Shown here one piece after another: positions 62,938 to 64,000 of a stretch of DNA of 64,000 nt. The number at the start of each line of letters is the position of its first letter. Position 1 is the stretch's first letter. Made by a program: the position numbers and the translations under genes. The stretch comes from a virus (lineage: Duplodnaviria; Caudoviricetes). Below the pieces are notes generated by a model, which had not been told where the DNA came from, ran no database searches, and saw nothing but the letters and a program-made list of their open reading frames with translations. The stretch is from positions 18,596-82,595 of IMG/VR virus record IMGVR_UViG_3300033067_001302, one strand, 5' to 3'.

Positions 62938-63414
62938 CTACGCAACCTTGGCTGGGTTGTCAATCTTCATCTTCCCGACAAATGGGAATTCGCCGGTCGA
63001 GAAGTAAGCCCGCTTGATCCCGTAGTTGTAGAGGACGTGCTGACACATCTCGCAGGGCTTGCTCATTGCAACGTTTCCGTCAGACTTGATGCGAACAACG
63101 TAGACCTTGGCTCCCTCAAACCGCACCTTCTTCCGCTTCGATACGATTGCATCAATTTCGGCATGAACGGTGCAGGTATGTTCCTTGGTCCTGTAGTGCT
63201 CCGTCAGTGGATTCGTGCCTCGGTAGTTGTACCCAACGGAAAGGATCTTCCCACCTTTGGCGATAACCGCACAATGGTTGTACTCCAGGTGGGGATCAAA
63301 GGTATGTTCCTTTGCAAGGTCGAAAGCTGCTCGGAGGAACTTGTGCATAGCTCCGAGAGCTTTGACACAAAGCTGGGTTGCGTCAACCTTCTTTTTTCGG
63401 TTTTGGGTCGCCAT
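62938..63414 (-). CDS. Zinc-dependent cytidine/dCMP deaminase-like protein
   Basis: HCAVIAKGGKILSVGYN, HAEIDAI, SKPCEMC; start uncertain (63414 or 63435). Confidence 0.8.
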   Translation of the reverse strand: MATQNRKKKVDATQLCVKALGAMHKFLRAAFDLAKEHTFDPHLEYNHCAVIAKGGKILSVGYNYRGTNPLTEHYRTKEHTCTVHAEIDAIVSKRKKVRFEGAKVYVVRIKSDGNVAMSKPCEMCQHVLYNYGIKRAYFSTGEFPFVGKMKIDNPAKVA

Positions 63415-64000
63415 CGAACAACCAAGAGTAAGCATTGTAGGCCGAGACTGCTGGTCTAGCTTGCTGGGCTGACACTCCTGGTTTCATGTTCTGCTGGTTG
63501 AATGGCTTGTTGTAGTAGCCGTTCTGGTGGTTGTACGCCGAACCGTGGCTGACACGCTGGAAGGCCAATGGAGCTTCCCCATCTGGAACCTGTTGGTTGG
63601 AATAACCCGCTGGATTCATTTGGGTGACGTTTTTGCCCCAAGCAGCCAACATGGCGGCATTCAAGGCATTGGTGTCAACATGATTCTCATTTGCCTCGTA
63701 GAGGTAGCAACCAATTGCGATGGACATGATGAGGTCGTCGTTGTACCCCTTCATGGCGGAAGCTTTGTTGGTTGTTGGGTTCCAAACAAAGGTCTTGAGC
63801 TCCTCGGCAAGGCGGGAGGAATAGACCTTCAAACGCCTATTGCGGAGCACCTCTTCAAGCTTGGCAAGCATTGCCTGACGGTTCTTGACTGTGGTGGTAA
63901 TTCCAGGTGTCAAGTTCCGCACATCCTCTTCCGAGTAGGTTTGGTAGACGCTGGACTTGGCGAACTTCTCGTAGTAGATGTTCGGATACTTCAGGTCCCT
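63383..64000 (-). CDS. Terminase large subunit, C-terminal nuclease part (5' end outside the window)
   Basis: YPNIYYE...PGITTTVKNRQAML..LEE...ELKTFVW...AMKGYNDDLIMSIAIG. Confidence 0.88.
   Translation of the reverse strand, partial: RDLKYPNIYYEKFAKSSVYQTYSEEDVRNLTPGITTTVKNRQAMLAKLEEVLRNRRLKVYSSRLAEELKTFVWNPTTNKASAMKGYNDDLIMSIAIGCYLYEANENHVDTNALNAAMLAAWGKNVTQMNPAGYSNQQVPDGEAPLAFQRVSHGSAYNHQNGYYNKPFNQQNMKPGVSAQQARPAVSAYNAYSWLFDGDPKPKKEG

Noticed and set aside
1-64000. Alternative genetic code (stop-codon reassignment as in some jumbo phages)
   Set aside because: Core genes are full length in code 11, and TAA, TAG and TGA all end genes at sensible positions.

Overview
This window is 64 kb of a large T4-like contractile-tailed (myo-type) jumbo bacteriophage genome, about 50% GC by eye, read in the standard genetic code, with most genes on the minus strand. 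From left to right it carries four blocks. (1) A replication/recombination block: DnaB/gp41-type helicase (cut by the window edge), 5'-3' exonuclease, dUTPase, RecA, SSB, an HD hydrolase and a polymerase-domain-only PolA. (2) A tail module: baseplate proteins, LysM-like protein, tape measure, tail chaperone, tube, two tandem ~1000-aa sheaths and neck proteins. (3) A head module: major capsid protein, scaffold, protease and portal. (4) An accessory block: GroEL, Dps-like protein, tmRNA, ATP-grasp, deaminase, and the 3' part of the large terminase. Five putative homing endonucleases are interspersed. The most unusual signals are: two truncated major-capsid paralogs, apparently A-domain only, directly behind the capsid gene; a family of amphipathic leader helices ending in (L/I/M)-x-E on many small late proteins and on enzymes (two kinase-fold proteins, a GNAT, a Dps-like protein), suggesting a head-packaged effector cargo; a +1/-2 frameshift on a U7 run in the tail chaperone; a TANTTA late-promoter-like motif that also precedes the tmRNA; and phased AACCCAA repeats in front of ssb. 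All family calls come from motif recognition by eye; no database search was run.
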